From Octopus sinensis (lineage: Eukaryota), in the NCBI RefSeq assembly GCF_006345805.1, contig NC_043001.1:15872001-15936000 (forward strand): a stretch of 64,000 bases of DNA, written 5' to 3'. Both the position numbers and the translations under genes were made by a program. Shown piece after piece: positions 37,445-51,335 of this stretch. The notes under the pieces were generated by a model. That model ran no database searches. It was not told the origin of the DNA and saw only the letters and a program-made list of their open reading frames with translations. Within the stretch, counting starts at the first letter, position 1; each line of letters starts with the position of its first letter.

Positions 37445-37665
37445 AGGGTCATTCAAAATGTGACCACGTGTGTACCGTTGGCGATTTTTTCCCCTCCGTC
37501 TTCCCTTCTCTGGATCTTTCATTTTCCTGTTTCTGACGAAGAGCTCCGCTCGAAACGTTAAACCCTCCTTCTTTCCTTCTTTCCTGAGCGTCCAATAATA
37601 CTATATTTGTTCCACGTCCTCGCGTTGCTGTGTTTTCTCTTGGTGTTTTCATGTTTGGATTAACT
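37445..37665 (+). mobile_element. Short hammerhead-bearing PLE-like non-autonomous element (family J) in (TA)n
   Basis: Second copy on minus at 50282-50497; both flanked by (TA)n. Confidence 0.8.
37529..37563 (+). ncRNA. Minimal type I hammerhead ribozyme (family J)
   Basis: GTTT-CTGACGA-A-GAGC TCC GCTC-GAAAC-GTT-AAAC. Confidence 0.8.
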
Positions 37666-38029
37666 TTATATATATTATATACGCACGTTAATACACATAC
37701 ATACATATATACATGCATACATACACAACACACATGCGAATATGTTTATTTCTACGTCATGCATATATATGTGTATATGTTATACGTTATACATATGTTA
37801 TGTATATGTGTTTATCACATATATACATAAACTAAAATGCACACCTTTCTACACACACACTCACACACACACATGGACACACAAAGTTCCATCAATACAT
37901 ATACATACATAAACACGCACACATATGTACACTATTGTGTAGAGCACAACACATGCAACGCATTCACGTGACCACGCATACCATAAACAAACTGTATCAG
38001 GGAGGAATGGCGGCGGCGGTGGTGTTGTC

Positions 38030-39175
38030 GACTGATGGTGGTGGTGGTGGTGCTGTTAGTGGTGGTGGATGGTGTTGGCGATGGTGGTAGTGGACGTATT
38101 GGAGCCATATGAGCCTTGATATTAGTGTTGTTGTTGGTGGTTGTAGTGGTGGTGGTGGTTGTAGTGGTGGTGGTTGTAGTGGTGGTGGTGGTGGTGACAG
38201 TGGTGTCGCTATCGATGGTGTTGGTGGTGGTGGTGGCATCGGTGGATGTCGGTGGTGGTACTGATAGTGTTGTGGGTTGTTGCTGTCGTGTTTTGTGGTT
38301 GGTGGGCAGCGTTGGTGTCGGTGGTGATAGTGATGGTGGTGGTGGTGGTGCTGTTAGTGGTGGTGGATGGTGTTGGCGATGGTGGTAGTGGACGTATTGG
38401 AGCCATATGAGCCTTGATATTAGTGTTGTGTTGGTGGTTGTAGTGGTGTGGTGGTTGTAGTGGTGGTGGTTGTAGTGGTGTCGCTATCGATGGTGTTGGT
38501 GGTGGTGGTGGCATCGGTGGATGTCGGTGGTGGTACTGATAGTGTTGTTGGTGTTGTTGCTGTCGTGTTTATGTTGTTGGTGGCAGCGTTGGTGTCGGTG
38601 GTGATAGTGATGGTGGTGGTGGTGGTGGTAGCGGTGCGAGCGTTATATTTCATGGCGAAGGTGGGGGGCGTGTTAGCGTTTAGTTGTGATGGCGGTGGTT
38701 GTTGTTGTGGTGTTGTGTTGGAAGTGGTGATGGTTGTGGTAGTGGTAGTGATGGTTACGATGGTTGTGGCGGAGGTGGTTGGTGGTGGTGGTAGTGATGG
38801 TGGTTGTGGGGGGTGGGTGGAAGTGGTGATGGTTGTGGTAGTGATGATGATGATGGTTGTGATGGAGGTGGTGGTGGTGGTGGTAGTGATGGTGGAGGTG
38901 GTGGTTGTGATGGTGGTGGTGATGGTGGTGGACCTGGTAGTGGTGGTTGTGATATGATGGTGTGGTGGCGGTGATGGTGGTGGACCTGGTAATGGTGGTG
39001 ATGGTGGTGGTGTCGGTTGTTGTCGGTGTTGGTAGTGATGGGGCAGTGGTGGTATTGGTGGTGGTTGTTGTTCTTATTGGAGGTGGTAGTGGTGTTGGTG
39101 GTGATGGGGCGGTGGTGGTATTGGTGGTGGTTGTTGTTCTTATTGGAGGTGGTGTTGGTGTTGGTGGTGTTGGTG
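38030..39175. repeat. (GGT)n/(GTT)n-rich low-complexity array with a ~300-bp internal tandem duplication
   Basis: GGACGTATTGGAGCCATATGAGCCTTGATATTAGTG occurs at ~38091 and ~38390. Confidence 0.85.
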
Positions 39176-39504
39176 ATGTTATCTTTGCAGATATTTGTTT
39201 GCAAACAAAACAAACGAAAGAGAAAGGAAAGAGGCAAGAATAAGGAGCAGAGAGGGGCCGAAAGGAGCGAAAAGGAGCAGAGAGGGAGTAGACGGGAGCT
39301 TGAGGATGAGAGAAGAAGAAGTAGTAAAAACAACGACCTGTTTGTAGATGATAGACAATACGAATGTAAGACAGGAAGACATGTCGACAAATGGCCAAAT
39401 GTGTGATGGAGTCGTCCTAACACCGGAAATAGGGGTACGGAGACTTGATGAAAAAACTACGTTGAATTTGGGTTATGGCTCACAGTGCGCCGGCTGCGCG
39501 CGGC

Positions 39505-39539
<35 letters not shown>

Positions 39540-39932
39540 TACACATGCACACAGATACATATGCACGCACACACACACACACAGACACAGATAAACATGC
39601 ACGCATGCACACACACACACACACAAATACAACACTCGCGGACGTTCACGCACACAGATGCATACATACATATATACATAAGTACACACACAAACACACA
39701 CATACATGTCCACGTGTGCACTCACGTGTACATATATATATATATATAAACATGTATATAGGTTTACATACATATACATACACACACACACGTCCACGCG
39801 TGCAATCACGCACATGTGTGTTTGTGTATATATCTGTCTTTACATAAATATATTCATGCATATATGCATTAATATATGTGTGTATGCGTGTGTATGTGTG
39901 TGCACGTGTATATATATATATACACACACACA

Positions 39933-39967
<35 letters not shown>

Positions 39968-39996
39968 GTACACACACATATATATAAAATATATAT

Positions 39997-40388
39997 ATTT
40001 TTCTTTACTTGTTTCAGTCATTTGACTGCGGCTATGCTGGAGCACCGCCTTTAGTCAAGTAAATCGACTTATCCTTTGGAAGCCTAGTACTTATTCTATC
40101 GGTCTCTTTTGCCGAACCGTTAGGTTACGGGGACGTAAACACACCACCATCGGTTGTCAAGCGATGTTTGTTGGGGGGGGGGAAACGCAGGCACACAAAC
40201 ATATACATACACATACGTATATGCATATATACGACGGGCTTCTTTCATTTCCGTCTACCAAATCCACACACAAGGCTTTGGTTAGCTCGAGACTATAGTA
40301 GAAGACACTTGCTCAAGGTGCCACGCAGCGGGAATGAAACCGGAACCATGTTGTTGGTAAGCAAGCTACTTACCACACAGCCACGCAT
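39997..40388 (-). mobile_element. SINE family A
   Basis: Reverse-complement similarity. Confidence 0.85.
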
Positions 40389-41259
40389 TTGAAGAGATTC
40401 GTTATAGGTATAAGAATACACCATAAACAAGTATAAAAAAATGGAGAAAAGATGCTGAAACAGAAATAGATTTATTATAAAACTGGACTCAATACATATG
40501 TACGTTTCGAAAAACAATGCGAAAATGTTAAAAGAAATTCGTTAGATTCTTATGTTATAGTTTCTCTGCACATATACACATGCATACAAATTGGTATGTA
40601 TTTATTTATTATTATTCTTTTTCGTCTCTCCCACCATTATTGTTGTTGATATCATTATTTTTCTCGTTCACAACTTGGTTTGTAAATTACTCGATTTCCC
40701 TTATTGCCCCATCTGTGTTCTCTTATTGTATCTTATTTTATTTTAATTTTATTTTTTTAATCTCATTTTACTTCATCTTATTAAACTTTGTTGATGTCCT
40801 TCAAAAGATTCCTCACTGATGAGAATGACAATGCATAAATTAAATTTTAAATTTTATTTTTATTTTCATTCTTAATTATAATTTTTTATTTTCAATTATA
40901 ATTATAATCACAATGATTAAAATTTTTTTTTACATTTTTGCATTGCTTTTCGCAACGTACGTATTCATTGAATCCAGTTTTATACACACACGATGTTATT
41001 TAAACTCCGAATGGTTATAAGGGTCCGTCAGAGTAAAAAAGAAAAAAAAAAAGGGGGGTTCAGAGGCGAAAAGTGGCTGAGAACCCCACTGCAATATACG
41101 AACGGAATTGGTGTAGGGTCAAAGGTTGTGGTCAGTGACAGAAAATAGAACTTTAGAACCGTTTATGAAGAAGACTTCGTTGATGCGGTGAGGGAAGAGG
41201 GCGATCGATAGGTTGTAGAAAAGGGTCAACATATGTGTTCTTGTGCCTGTGCGTCTGTT

Positions 41260-41347
<88 letters not shown>

Positions 41348-41947
41348 CGTATTTGTGTGTGTGTTTGTGTGAGAGAAGATTTATCCATGGCCTGCGATCA
41401 CTGGAATGTGGAATTTGCTATTGCTACAAAATGGCTCCATATTCGCCGAAGAAAACGCTCAGTATCACCACGCAGTTCGAACTAATTCGGTTCTCTGTTT
41501 CGTGGGATAGAGCTGATATTTCTGTCTAGAATTCAGCATTTAGTTTTCGATAGACAGAGTATTATCAGAAACGGTGACCACAGTATGGTGTGTGTTGTAA
41601 CCATAACTGTAATTGTAATTTGGGCTTTGAGAACTACACAAATAAAATATTCTCACTAGATTCCAGCGAAGAAGAAAAGAATTCGTAACTCGTTTTTCTT
41701 GGATAAGATGTATATTATAACAATCTGCAAAACCAAAAACTGTCCGTTAGACAACAAAAACATGAGCGGGAACGCACTCATGGAGGAAAGACTGACTTTT
41801 AGAGACCCGACAGGTTGAACGCCACGTTCGCGTGCTAAAAGAGACCATTGGTCATCTTATCTTTAAAAATGCGTAACGATGGATGTTGGTTACTGAATGG
41901 TGACTTCATTGAGCTCAGTATATCTGCGACATTATTATGATTATATA

Positions 41948-42550
41948 GAAGGCGGCGGGTTGGCAAAGATATTAGCAGGTCGGCTGAAATGATTAGCAGT
42001 ACTTCGTCTGCCGTTACGTTCTGAGTTCAAATTCCGCTGAGGTCGACTTTGCCTTTCATCCTTTCGGGGTCGATAAATAAAGTACCAGTTACGCACTGGG
42101 TTCGATGTAATCGACTTAATCCGTTTGTCTGTCCTTGTTTGTCCCCTCTATGTTTAGCCCCTTGTGGGTAGTAAAGAAATAGGTATTTCATCTGCCGTTA
42201 CGTTCTGAGTTCAAATTACGCCGAGGTCGACTTTGCCCTTCATCCTTTCAGGATCGATAAAATAAATTCCAGTTGAACCCTAGGGTCGATATAATCAGCT
42301 TATCCCTTCCCTGAAATTGCTGGCCTTGTGCCTATAGTAGAAATGAGTATTAGTAGCATTACCATGCCAAACAACACGCTTGGTGGTATTTCTTGCGCTT
42401 TACATTCTGAGTTCAAATTACACTGAGGTCCACTTTGCCTTTTATCATTTTGGGATCGATAAAATAGGTACCAGTTGAACACTGGGGTCGATATAATCGA
42501 CTTCTCCCTCCCTAGATATTACTGGCCTTGTGCCAAAATTTGAAACTATT
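41948..42550 (+). mobile_element. SINE family D multimer with variant tails
   Basis: Head + body unit + restart at AAAGAAATA|GGTATTTC + variant units. Confidence 0.8.
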
Positions 42551-42572
42551 ATGATCATATGTGTTGTGTGTG

Positions 42573-42603
<31 letters not shown>

Positions 42604-42654
42604 AGTATGTTGATGGTGTATTATGTAGTATATACGCTTCAGTGTATTGCATGT

Positions 42655-42975
42655 GAAGGCACGTGGCTTAGTGGTTAGGGTATTCGGCTCACGAACGTAA
42701 TGTCGTGAGTTCAATTCCCGGTGACGCGTTGTGTCCTTCAGCAAAACACTTTATTTTCGCGTTGCTCCAGTCCGTTCAGCTGGCAAAAATGAGTAGAACC
42801 TGTATTGCAAAGTGCCAAACTTGTCTCATTCGGTGCCACTCTGAGTCTCCCTGAGAACTACGTCAAGGGTACGCACGTCTGTGGAGTGCTCAGCCACTTG
42901 CACGTTAATTTCAAAAGTGAGCTGTTCCGTTGATCGGATCAACGGGAACCCTCGTCGTCGTAACCGACGGAGAGT
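42655..42975 (+). mobile_element. SINE family B head joined to a family C tail
   Basis: Similarity to both families; a reverse-oriented counterpart at 56850-57180. Confidence 0.7.
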
Positions 42976-43149
42976 TAGTATTGTATGTACATGTCTCCAG
43001 GAATTTATGTTAGTGCACGAACACATACACGCATATTTATGGGTAATATATTTGTATATATATATGTGACTGTATGTATAACTTTATAGACATAACTTTA
43101 GAAATGCTAGTGTTATCCAAACAGAAACCTTAACGAAAAATATATTACA

Positions 43150-43730
43150 TTAACATACATTCCGCCCACTGCTTATAAAAATATTCGGCCAATGACATTA
43201 ACAGACTACTCTCAAACATATCTGCAGACAAAATAAAGCGAAAACAACAAAAAATATCGTTGCAGATTATTGCAATAATGCGTTAGAAGAGAAGCTCACC
43301 CCAATGTTCTATACGGAAACACTTCTCACACAGTTAGTTGTTGTTCTTCAAAACCCTTCGATATAAACAACGTCAAAGTTAATTACTGATGTTTCCGAAA
43401 TCTGGTGACTGTCACAAGAAATATCAATAACGTAAATTTCATATATACGAATATTGCAAGGCCACTAGTTCGGGGGAAATTACAGTAACATCGTATACTG
43501 CCCTCCTGAAGTATAAAGGCTCACAAAAAGCTCTTGTGGAACATGCGTTGGTGAACACAATAGATAGTACTGGAAAATGTTTTTTGGTATTATTGAAAAC
43601 ACTTTTAAAGAAAGTTATATTTAGCACATAGATTCTTTCAGAAATATTGATAATATGAAATATGAAGCATAACTTCCTTCTCGCAATGAGATTTGGGAGT
43701 TAAAAATACAATTTCAGAACCTGTTGGCTA
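43150..43730 (+). mobile_element. Highly degraded Penelope-like element remnant
   Basis: NDINRLLSNISAD, NIVYTALL (GIY-like), NEIWELK resemble the PLE thumb and GIY-YIG motifs. Confidence 0.5.
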
Positions 43731-43881
43731 ATCAACTTCACTGATAAATTGTATGATAACAACTCTCATAGGCGTACGCTTCATTTACTTTTAATACATT
43801 CATTGATGGTTAAAAATGCTAGATATAATAACTACGACATCATCATCCTCCTCATCATCATCATCAGCAGCAGCAGCAAGT

Positions 43882-44235
43882 GGAGGCGCAATGGCCCAAT
43901 GCTAGGGCAGCGGACTCGCGGTCGGAGGATCGCAGTTTCGATTCCCAGACCGGGCGTTGTGTGTGTTTATTGAGCGAAAACACCTAAAGCTCCACGAGGC
44001 TCTGGCAGTGGGGTGGCGGCGACCCCTGTTGAACTCTTTCGCCCCAACTTTCTCTCTTTCTTCCTGTTTTTTGTCCCCAACTTTCTACGCAACCGCTGAG
44101 CCTGGATGCGCATTCATCCATCCGTCGATGCTCTCGGTGTCGGGGGTTGACCTGCTTTCTCTTCTGCGGGTCTTACGAATAGCAAAGGACCACGTTTCGG
44201 ACTTCTCCCAACTGGGACGAAGACCGCTTCGTTCA
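43882..44235 (+). mobile_element. SINE family C variant with a different tail
   Basis: Head and centre match family C. Confidence 0.75.
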
Positions 44236-44498
44236 ACAGCAACAGCGACAGCAGCAGCAGCAGCAGCAGTAGAAACAATGGCAACTGCATCGACAACGAG
44301 GCTACTAGCAACGAATGCAATGAAAATAAGCAACTGGAAAGGTCAAACCACCAACGAAAGAAACAAACTGTTATGTTTCTCTTGAATAACATTATATGTA
44401 GAGGTGAAAGGTCAATTTCTTTCAGTTCTTGGTTGATGCTACTGAGGGCTTCGACCTTCCTGGTGTTAACGACCGTAGAGTTCGCGCATGCGCGTGCG

Positions 44499-44552
<54 letters not shown>

Positions 44553-44569
44553 CAATCATGTATATATAC

Positions 44570-44970
44570 TCTTTTACTCTTTTACTTGTTCCAGTCATTT
44601 GACTGCGGTCATGCTGGAGCACCGCCTTTAGTCGAGCAAATCGACCCCGTGACTTATTCTTTGTAAGACTAGTGCTTATTCTATCGGTCTCTTTTGCCGA
44701 ACCGCTGGGCAACTGGGATATAAACACACCAGCATCGGTTGTCAAGCAATGCTAGGGGGACAAACACAGACACACAAACACATACACACACATAGTTATA
44801 CATATTTACGACGGGCTTCTTTCAGTTCCGTCTACCAAATCAACTCACAAGGATTTGGTCGGCCCGAGGCTATAGTAGAAGGCACTTGCCCAAGGTGCCA
44901 CGCAGTGGGACTGAACCCGGAACCATGTGGTTGGTAAGCAAGCTACTTAACACACAGCCACTCCTACGCC
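44570..44970 (-). mobile_element. SINE family A
   Basis: Reverse-complement similarity. Confidence 0.85.
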
Positions 44971-45034
44971 TATGTATATATATTATTCATATATATTTAT
45001 ATATATTATTCATATATATTTATATATATTATTC

Positions 45035-45070
<36 letters not shown>

Positions 45071-45390
45071 CTGTGAGTGTGTGTGTGTATGTATGTGTAG
45101 CTGTGTGTGTGCGTGTTTGTATGTGTGTGTATGTATGTATCTATAAAAACCTCTATAAGTTGATGGAAAAGAATGGGCTTTAAAGTTTTCCCACCTTTGT
45201 TGTTATATAAATGTTTGTATTAATCCCATTCAATGACGGAGTTCCACTTGTTGATCTAACCTTGGAAATAATCTGGTTGTGAGATGACATATGATAGCCG
45301 ATAACAGTATAAGAGCTTCGAAATACACGTTATAAGGTTATTACTCAGACTATGTTGAACATATGTATGTATGTATGTATGTATGTATAT

Positions 45391-45474
<84 letters not shown>

Positions 45475-45486
45475 CTCTACCTGTAA

Positions 45487-45541
<55 letters not shown>

Positions 45542-45542
45542 A

Positions 45543-45598
<56 letters not shown>

Positions 45599-45640
45599 GT
45601 CTGTCTGTCTGTATGTCTGTCTGTCTGTCTGTCTGTCGTC

Positions 45641-45711
<71 letters not shown>

Positions 45712-46609
45712 CCTACCTACCTACTTACCTCCCTATCTGTCTGTCTGTCTGGTTTCATTCATGTATTTTATGCAAAATATGCATATCACCAATAGTCTAG
45801 ACGACAGCTCGCAAGAGGACGCCTGATACCACAAAATGTCACGTGGTTAGCCGGATGTAGTTGCATGTTACATCTACACACAACTTCACAAAGGAATACA
45901 TAAAAATGTAAGCAAATAAATCTGCTTTCAATGAGCGACAAAATTTCAAAGAACGTCTCACCATCTGTACATGTGGTGTGTAGGCCGTGGAGCCAATGAG
46001 GGACGCATATTTTTTTTAAAAAACTGTACACAGCTCCGTTGACGTATATATACGTCAAGTGGCCACTTGAAAATCATTTTCTAATCATGTGTGTCCTTCA
46101 ATTAAATACTACACTTAAATAATGCTAATGATGTTTATGCTTGTGTATGTATGCATATATATATATACACATGTATATATATTTATGTATATGTATATAT
46201 ATGCACATGTATATATATTTATGTATATGTATATATATATATATATTTATATAACCATATATATGCATGTAATATACATGTAATATACGCTAGTACATTT
46301 AATGTATATATATATATATATATATATATATGTGAATATATATATATATATGTATATCCTTATATATATATATGTATACACACACACATATATATATGTA
46401 TACACATAAATAAGTGTAATTAGCGTAGACTAAGTACTACCACTTTTAGAGAGAATGTGAGGGGGAGGAAGAGGGGGAGAGAGAACTCAATACATTTGTA
46501 TAGATTTGTTGTGGGAATTTGAAAGTTCAACACCTCACAGATAATATCGAATTTGTCCTGGTTATCTCGTGACATCTCGTTATATATTATATATTAGATA
46601 TATTATATT

Positions 46610-46641
<32 letters not shown>

Positions 46642-46692
46642 ATATATTATACATATATATATGTATGCTATATATATATATATGTATAATCA

Positions 46693-46876
46693 AATAAGTA
46701 AACAAGATGTCGGGTATTAATGCAATACCACCGTTTCAGGCGGCTCCATTTAATCGAACAATTGTTGGAAAATCCATATTTTTTGCAACTGAAGATGGCA
46801 CTGTATTTAATTTGATGTAATGGAGCCGACTGAAACGGTCGTATTGCATTAGTACCTGACATCCTGTTACTTTATT
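46693..46876. repeat. Inverted-repeat (foldback) element, ~62-bp arms
   Basis: GATGTCGGGTATTAATGCAATACCACCGTTTCAGGCGGCTCCATT pairs with AATGGAGCCGACTGAAACGGTCGTATTGCATTAGTACCTGACATC (4 mismatches). Confidence 0.8.
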
Positions 46877-46956
46877 CACCTTACTTCGAGTGTGCCGGAA
46901 ATACCGGACTGACTTGGTGCCCCAACATAAGTACCCAATTCACGAATCTTAGTATG

Positions 46957-47002
<46 letters not shown>

Positions 47003-47006
<4 letters not shown>

Positions 47007-48110
47007 CTGAGTAAAAAGCAACGTTTTGAAACATGAAATTCATCACAATACATTTCAACAATGCGGAAATTTTTGTTCATCAAAGTAAGTAACATTACAG
47101 TCAACATATTTTTGCCAACAAGTTACAAGTTTTTTTTATTCCGGTAACATAAAAGTCTGGAGTTCTGGAGCTGATGAACTCTTTGAACACAACTCTTTCA
47201 GCATTGGTTTGATTTTTGAACTCTTTCTCTCACAGGAAACCATTAAAATTCTTGAAAAAGTGGTAGTTGGTAGGGGAAAGGTCTAGGGAATAAGCCGAGT
47301 AGGGAAGAACTTCGTAGCTAAGTTCACTCAGCTTCTGGAGCGTCATTAGTGAAACGTGTAGTCAAGCATTGTCATGAAGAATGATTGGCTCTCTTCTGTT
47401 GACCAGTCTTGGACGGAGGAGCAGCAGTTTTTCGTTCGTTTTGGCAATTACATGCCAATACATTTTCTGCAGTAATGGTTTATCCAGGTTTTAAGAAGTT
47501 ACTGTGGATGTGTCGAACAATACACCACCAGTCTACATAACCTTCTTTTTGCAGATCTCGGGTTCAGGGAAGGTTTTCTGTGCTTCATTTTGGTCCAACC
47601 ACAGTGAAGAACGATTTTTATTACTGTACCGAACCAACTTTTCTCCGCATGTTACAATACGGTCGAAATGTGGATTGGTTTGGTTACAGAGAAGTGACGA
47701 GCAAATTTCGTATCTGCGCATTTTCTGATTTTCGTTCAAATCGTCTGGTACCCATTTGTCGAGCTTTTTTGATTTTCCGATCGCATGCAAATGGTTGCAA
47801 GCAGTTTTCTGGCCAACTTGAAGTTCTTTTGCCAGTTCGCGAGAGGTTTTACGTGAATCTTTCTCTATGATGGCAGATGGGCATCCACTACGCTCACGAT
47901 CTTCAAGGCTCAGGTTTCCACTGCGAAATCGTTTAAACCATTTCTGAGCTGACCACTCCCTGGTCATTTCCTCACCAAACGTTTCGTCGAAATTGTGAGC
48001 AGTTTCAGCTGCTTTACGTCCTTTTTTGAAGTTGAATAGCAAAATTGCTCGAATATCGCGCTTTGATATACAAATGCAAAGCTCTGCAAAAATTTGAATG
48101 ATGTAAGCTA
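47003..48110 (-). mobile_element. Degraded mariner transposon
   Basis: ORF 47533-48042 (HTH, KWVPDDL, RIVTCGEK) then IILHDNA and DLSPTNYHFF in broken frames. Confidence 0.9.
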
Positions 48111-48374
48111 ATCAATATGGCTGTTCGGGCTATAGAGAGTTTCTAACAAGTTACCTTGCTTGTTGCAAGATCTCTCTCCCTCTCTCTGTTTCTCTCTCTT
48201 TCTCTATCCCTTTCTCACTCTGCTTGTATGTGCATGCGTGCGTGTGTGTGTGTATGTGTGTGTGTGTGTGTGTGTAAAAGAAAGAGTATGTGTGTGTGTT
48301 GTGTGTGCGTGCGTGTATGTATTGTATGTGTGCGTGTTGGTTTTTCTATACATATTGCGAGCTGGAGCCAATTC

Positions 48375-48411
48375 CTGATGACGGGCACAAATAGCCCGAA
48401 ACCGTTTGGTC
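48375..48411 (+). ncRNA. Hammerhead-like motif lacking an adjacent stem I
   Basis: CTGATGA-C-GGGC ACAAATA GCCC-GAAAC-C GTTT G-GTC. Confidence 0.5.
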
Positions 48412-49077
48412 TGGTGATCCCCTCGTCTTTTAGGCGATGGTATGGGTTCGCTCCCCTGCTTGCAATATATACCAGGTGCAGATTGCTTTGATAACCAGCT
48501 GGAGGAGGTTCTTCCTGGGGTTAAAAATGGTAGTAACATCGAACAGAAATATTGATGTGCCGATAAAGAAAAATAATAAATTTGCAGGAAATAATCTAAT
48601 CTTTATACTATTCTTAATAGTTATAAAGTAAAGGTTAATCATTTATTAAATACTTCGTTTTTGTATTTGGTTTATAGGTTTCTTGATGTGGAATCGTGTG
48701 CTGAAACAAATGTGTTAGTTAAACAATCAATTGGTTGTCTGTTTGTCAAAGTCGTTCCGTTGCTCCTCGCGACCTTATCAATGACATGTCCTCACTCTTG
48801 AAGAGTGAAAGTATTAAACAAAGTATCGATTAGTTAACTGGTTAGATATTTAACCAATTGACTTACAATGAAGAAGTGACATTGAACCAATGCGTATGTT
48901 TATTATTATTGGCATAATGACCCTCCCAATGCAATTTTTAAAAATCCTTAATTATTCACATATTTCTTCCAACTTTATTTATAATTATAGCTTTTAATCT
49001 AACCAATTAATTATAACCAATCTTTTCTTGCCAAATTAAATGAACAGTTCTTTTTGGTGCTGGAAGCAAACACGCAC

Positions 49078-49154
<77 letters not shown>

Positions 49155-50099
49155 TCATACACACGCACATGCACGCACACACACATACACACACACGCCT
49201 GCACATACAGAGTGAGAAAGGGATAGAGAGAGAGAAAGAAAAAGAGAGAGAGTTGGAGAGAGAAGGGGAGAGAGAGAAACATTAAAATGTATTAATTGAA
49301 TATGATAGACAAACACCGCTCCTGATGCACAAAGAGAAATATGTCTTCACACACACTCGTGCGCGCGCATACAGACGACCATACACACACAGAAGTGCGC
49401 GCACGCACACACACACACACACAGACGTACACACACATACACGCACTGAGAGAACATTAAAAAAATTAATATAAGAGAAACTTTAAAACTTCTGATGTGA
49501 AATAGATCAGCGCGGAATCAGCAACGCCAAATGAAAGGCACCAAGACGGCAGCGCCAGAACGTCTCATATCTACTTGATTTATATCTGAAATCAAGGCCT
49601 AGAGTTTTGTCTGGTTTGTATTTGGAGAGGAAAGAATCCGATTAGGACTGAATCGCAAATATTTTCTCTCTCTGTATTTGTCAGCTCTTAAAGTTGCAAT
49701 CGATGCTGAATTTGAGAGATATTAACGTATTCATTACCAGACTTCATGGTTAATTATGTATGAGCCGCGAGCTTGTGCTACGCCACAACTTCATTCCATG
49801 GCTGAAGGACAGTTTAATTAATCAATTAATTAATTAGTTAATAAATTAATAAATTAATTTTTTGAACGGTTCGTTTGGCATGGTTATTGCACCATCGGAG
49901 GTAGTGTTTTAAGAAAAAGCTTCGAAATTTTCTAAGGAAATGGAGTTCTCTACAAGTTATGCATAAGAGTCACTAGAACCTTCGAATGCAGCTTTATAAC
50001 CGCTGAAACGGAAACAGTTGGTGCTGAACAGAGAGTTAAATTTCAACGTCTGTTGCTTCTCTGTGTTCTATTTTCAAACATCGGTGAGACCTCAATTTG

Positions 50100-50730
50100 G
50101 GGCGCAGGAGTGGCTGTGTGGTAGGTAGCTTGCTTACCAACCACATGGTTCGGGGGTTCAGTCCCACTGCGTGGCACCTTGGGCAAGAATCTTCTACTAT
50201 AGCCTCGAGCCGACCAAATACTTGTGAGTGGATTTGGTAGACGGAAACTGAAAGAAGCCCGTTGTATATATATATATATATTTAATCCAAACAAGAAAGC
50301 ACAAAAAAACACAACAACGCGAGGACGTGGAACAAATATAGTATTATTGGACGCTCAGGAAAGAAGGAAAGAAGGAGGGTTTAACGTTTCGAGCGGAGCT
50401 CTTCGTCGGAAACAGGAGAAGGAAAGATCCAGAGAAGGGAAGACAGAGGGAAAAAAATCGCCAACGGTACACACGCGGCCACATTTTGAATGACCGGAAT
50501 ATATATCTATATATATATGCGTGTGTGTCAGTGTTTGTTCCCCCAACATCGCTTGACAACCGATGTTGGCGTGTCTACGTCACTGTAACTTGGCGTTTCG
50601 GCAGAAGAGAACGATTGAATAAGAACTAGGGTTACAAAGAATAAGTCCTGGGTAGATTTCGATGTTTGACTAAAGGTGGTACTCCAGCATGGCCGCGGTC
50701 AAATGACTGAAACAAATAAAGGAATAAAAG
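50100..50730 (+). mobile_element. SINE family A with a family J element inserted in its internal (TA)n
   Basis: Head 50100-50270, insert 50282-50497, tail 50520-50730. Confidence 0.85.
50379..50413 (-). ncRNA. Family J hammerhead, core-mutated (CCGACGA)
   Basis: Reverse complement GTTT-CCGACGA-A-GAGC TCC GCTC-GAAAC-GTT-AAAC. Confidence 0.65.
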
Positions 50731-50862
50731 AATTTAAATTTATATTCTTATATTCTTTTACTTGTTTCAGTCATTTGACTGCGACCATACTGGAACACCC
50801 CAATAATAATAATAATAAGAATAAGAATAAGAATAAGAATAAGAATAACGATGATGATGATG

Positions 50863-50919
<57 letters not shown>

Positions 50920-51159
50920 GTAATAATATTGTTATATTTCGGAATGGTCATTTTGCCAGTTTAGCCAATAAAAACACACGCACTATATATTTGGTGCTAA
51001 TTTGCTTCAAGCGTTATTTATTTTTCACATTAATCTCAATCTTAACGCACGATTTCACATCAAAAATCTTACAAAACAAATATATAAACGTAATAATAAT
51101 AATAATAATAATGATAATAATAATAATAATAATAATAATAATAGTAATCCTTTTTATTA

Positions 51160-51335
51160 TAGGCACAAGGTCTGAAATTTTGCGGGAGAGGACTAGTCGA
51201 TTACATCGACCCCAGTGTTTCACTGGTACTTAATTTATCGACCCCCGAAAGGGTGAAAGGCAAAGTCGATCTCGGCGGATTTGAACTCAGAACGTAGTAA
51301 CGGGCGAAATACCGCTAAGCATATCGTCCGGAGTA
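51160..51335 (-). mobile_element. SINE family D variant
   Basis: Reverse-complement similarity. Confidence 0.7.

Noticed and set aside
46039-46069. Overlapping perfect palindromes TTGACGTATATATACGTCAA and CAAGTGGCCACTTG
   Set aside because: Short and partly TA-repeat based; no supporting context.
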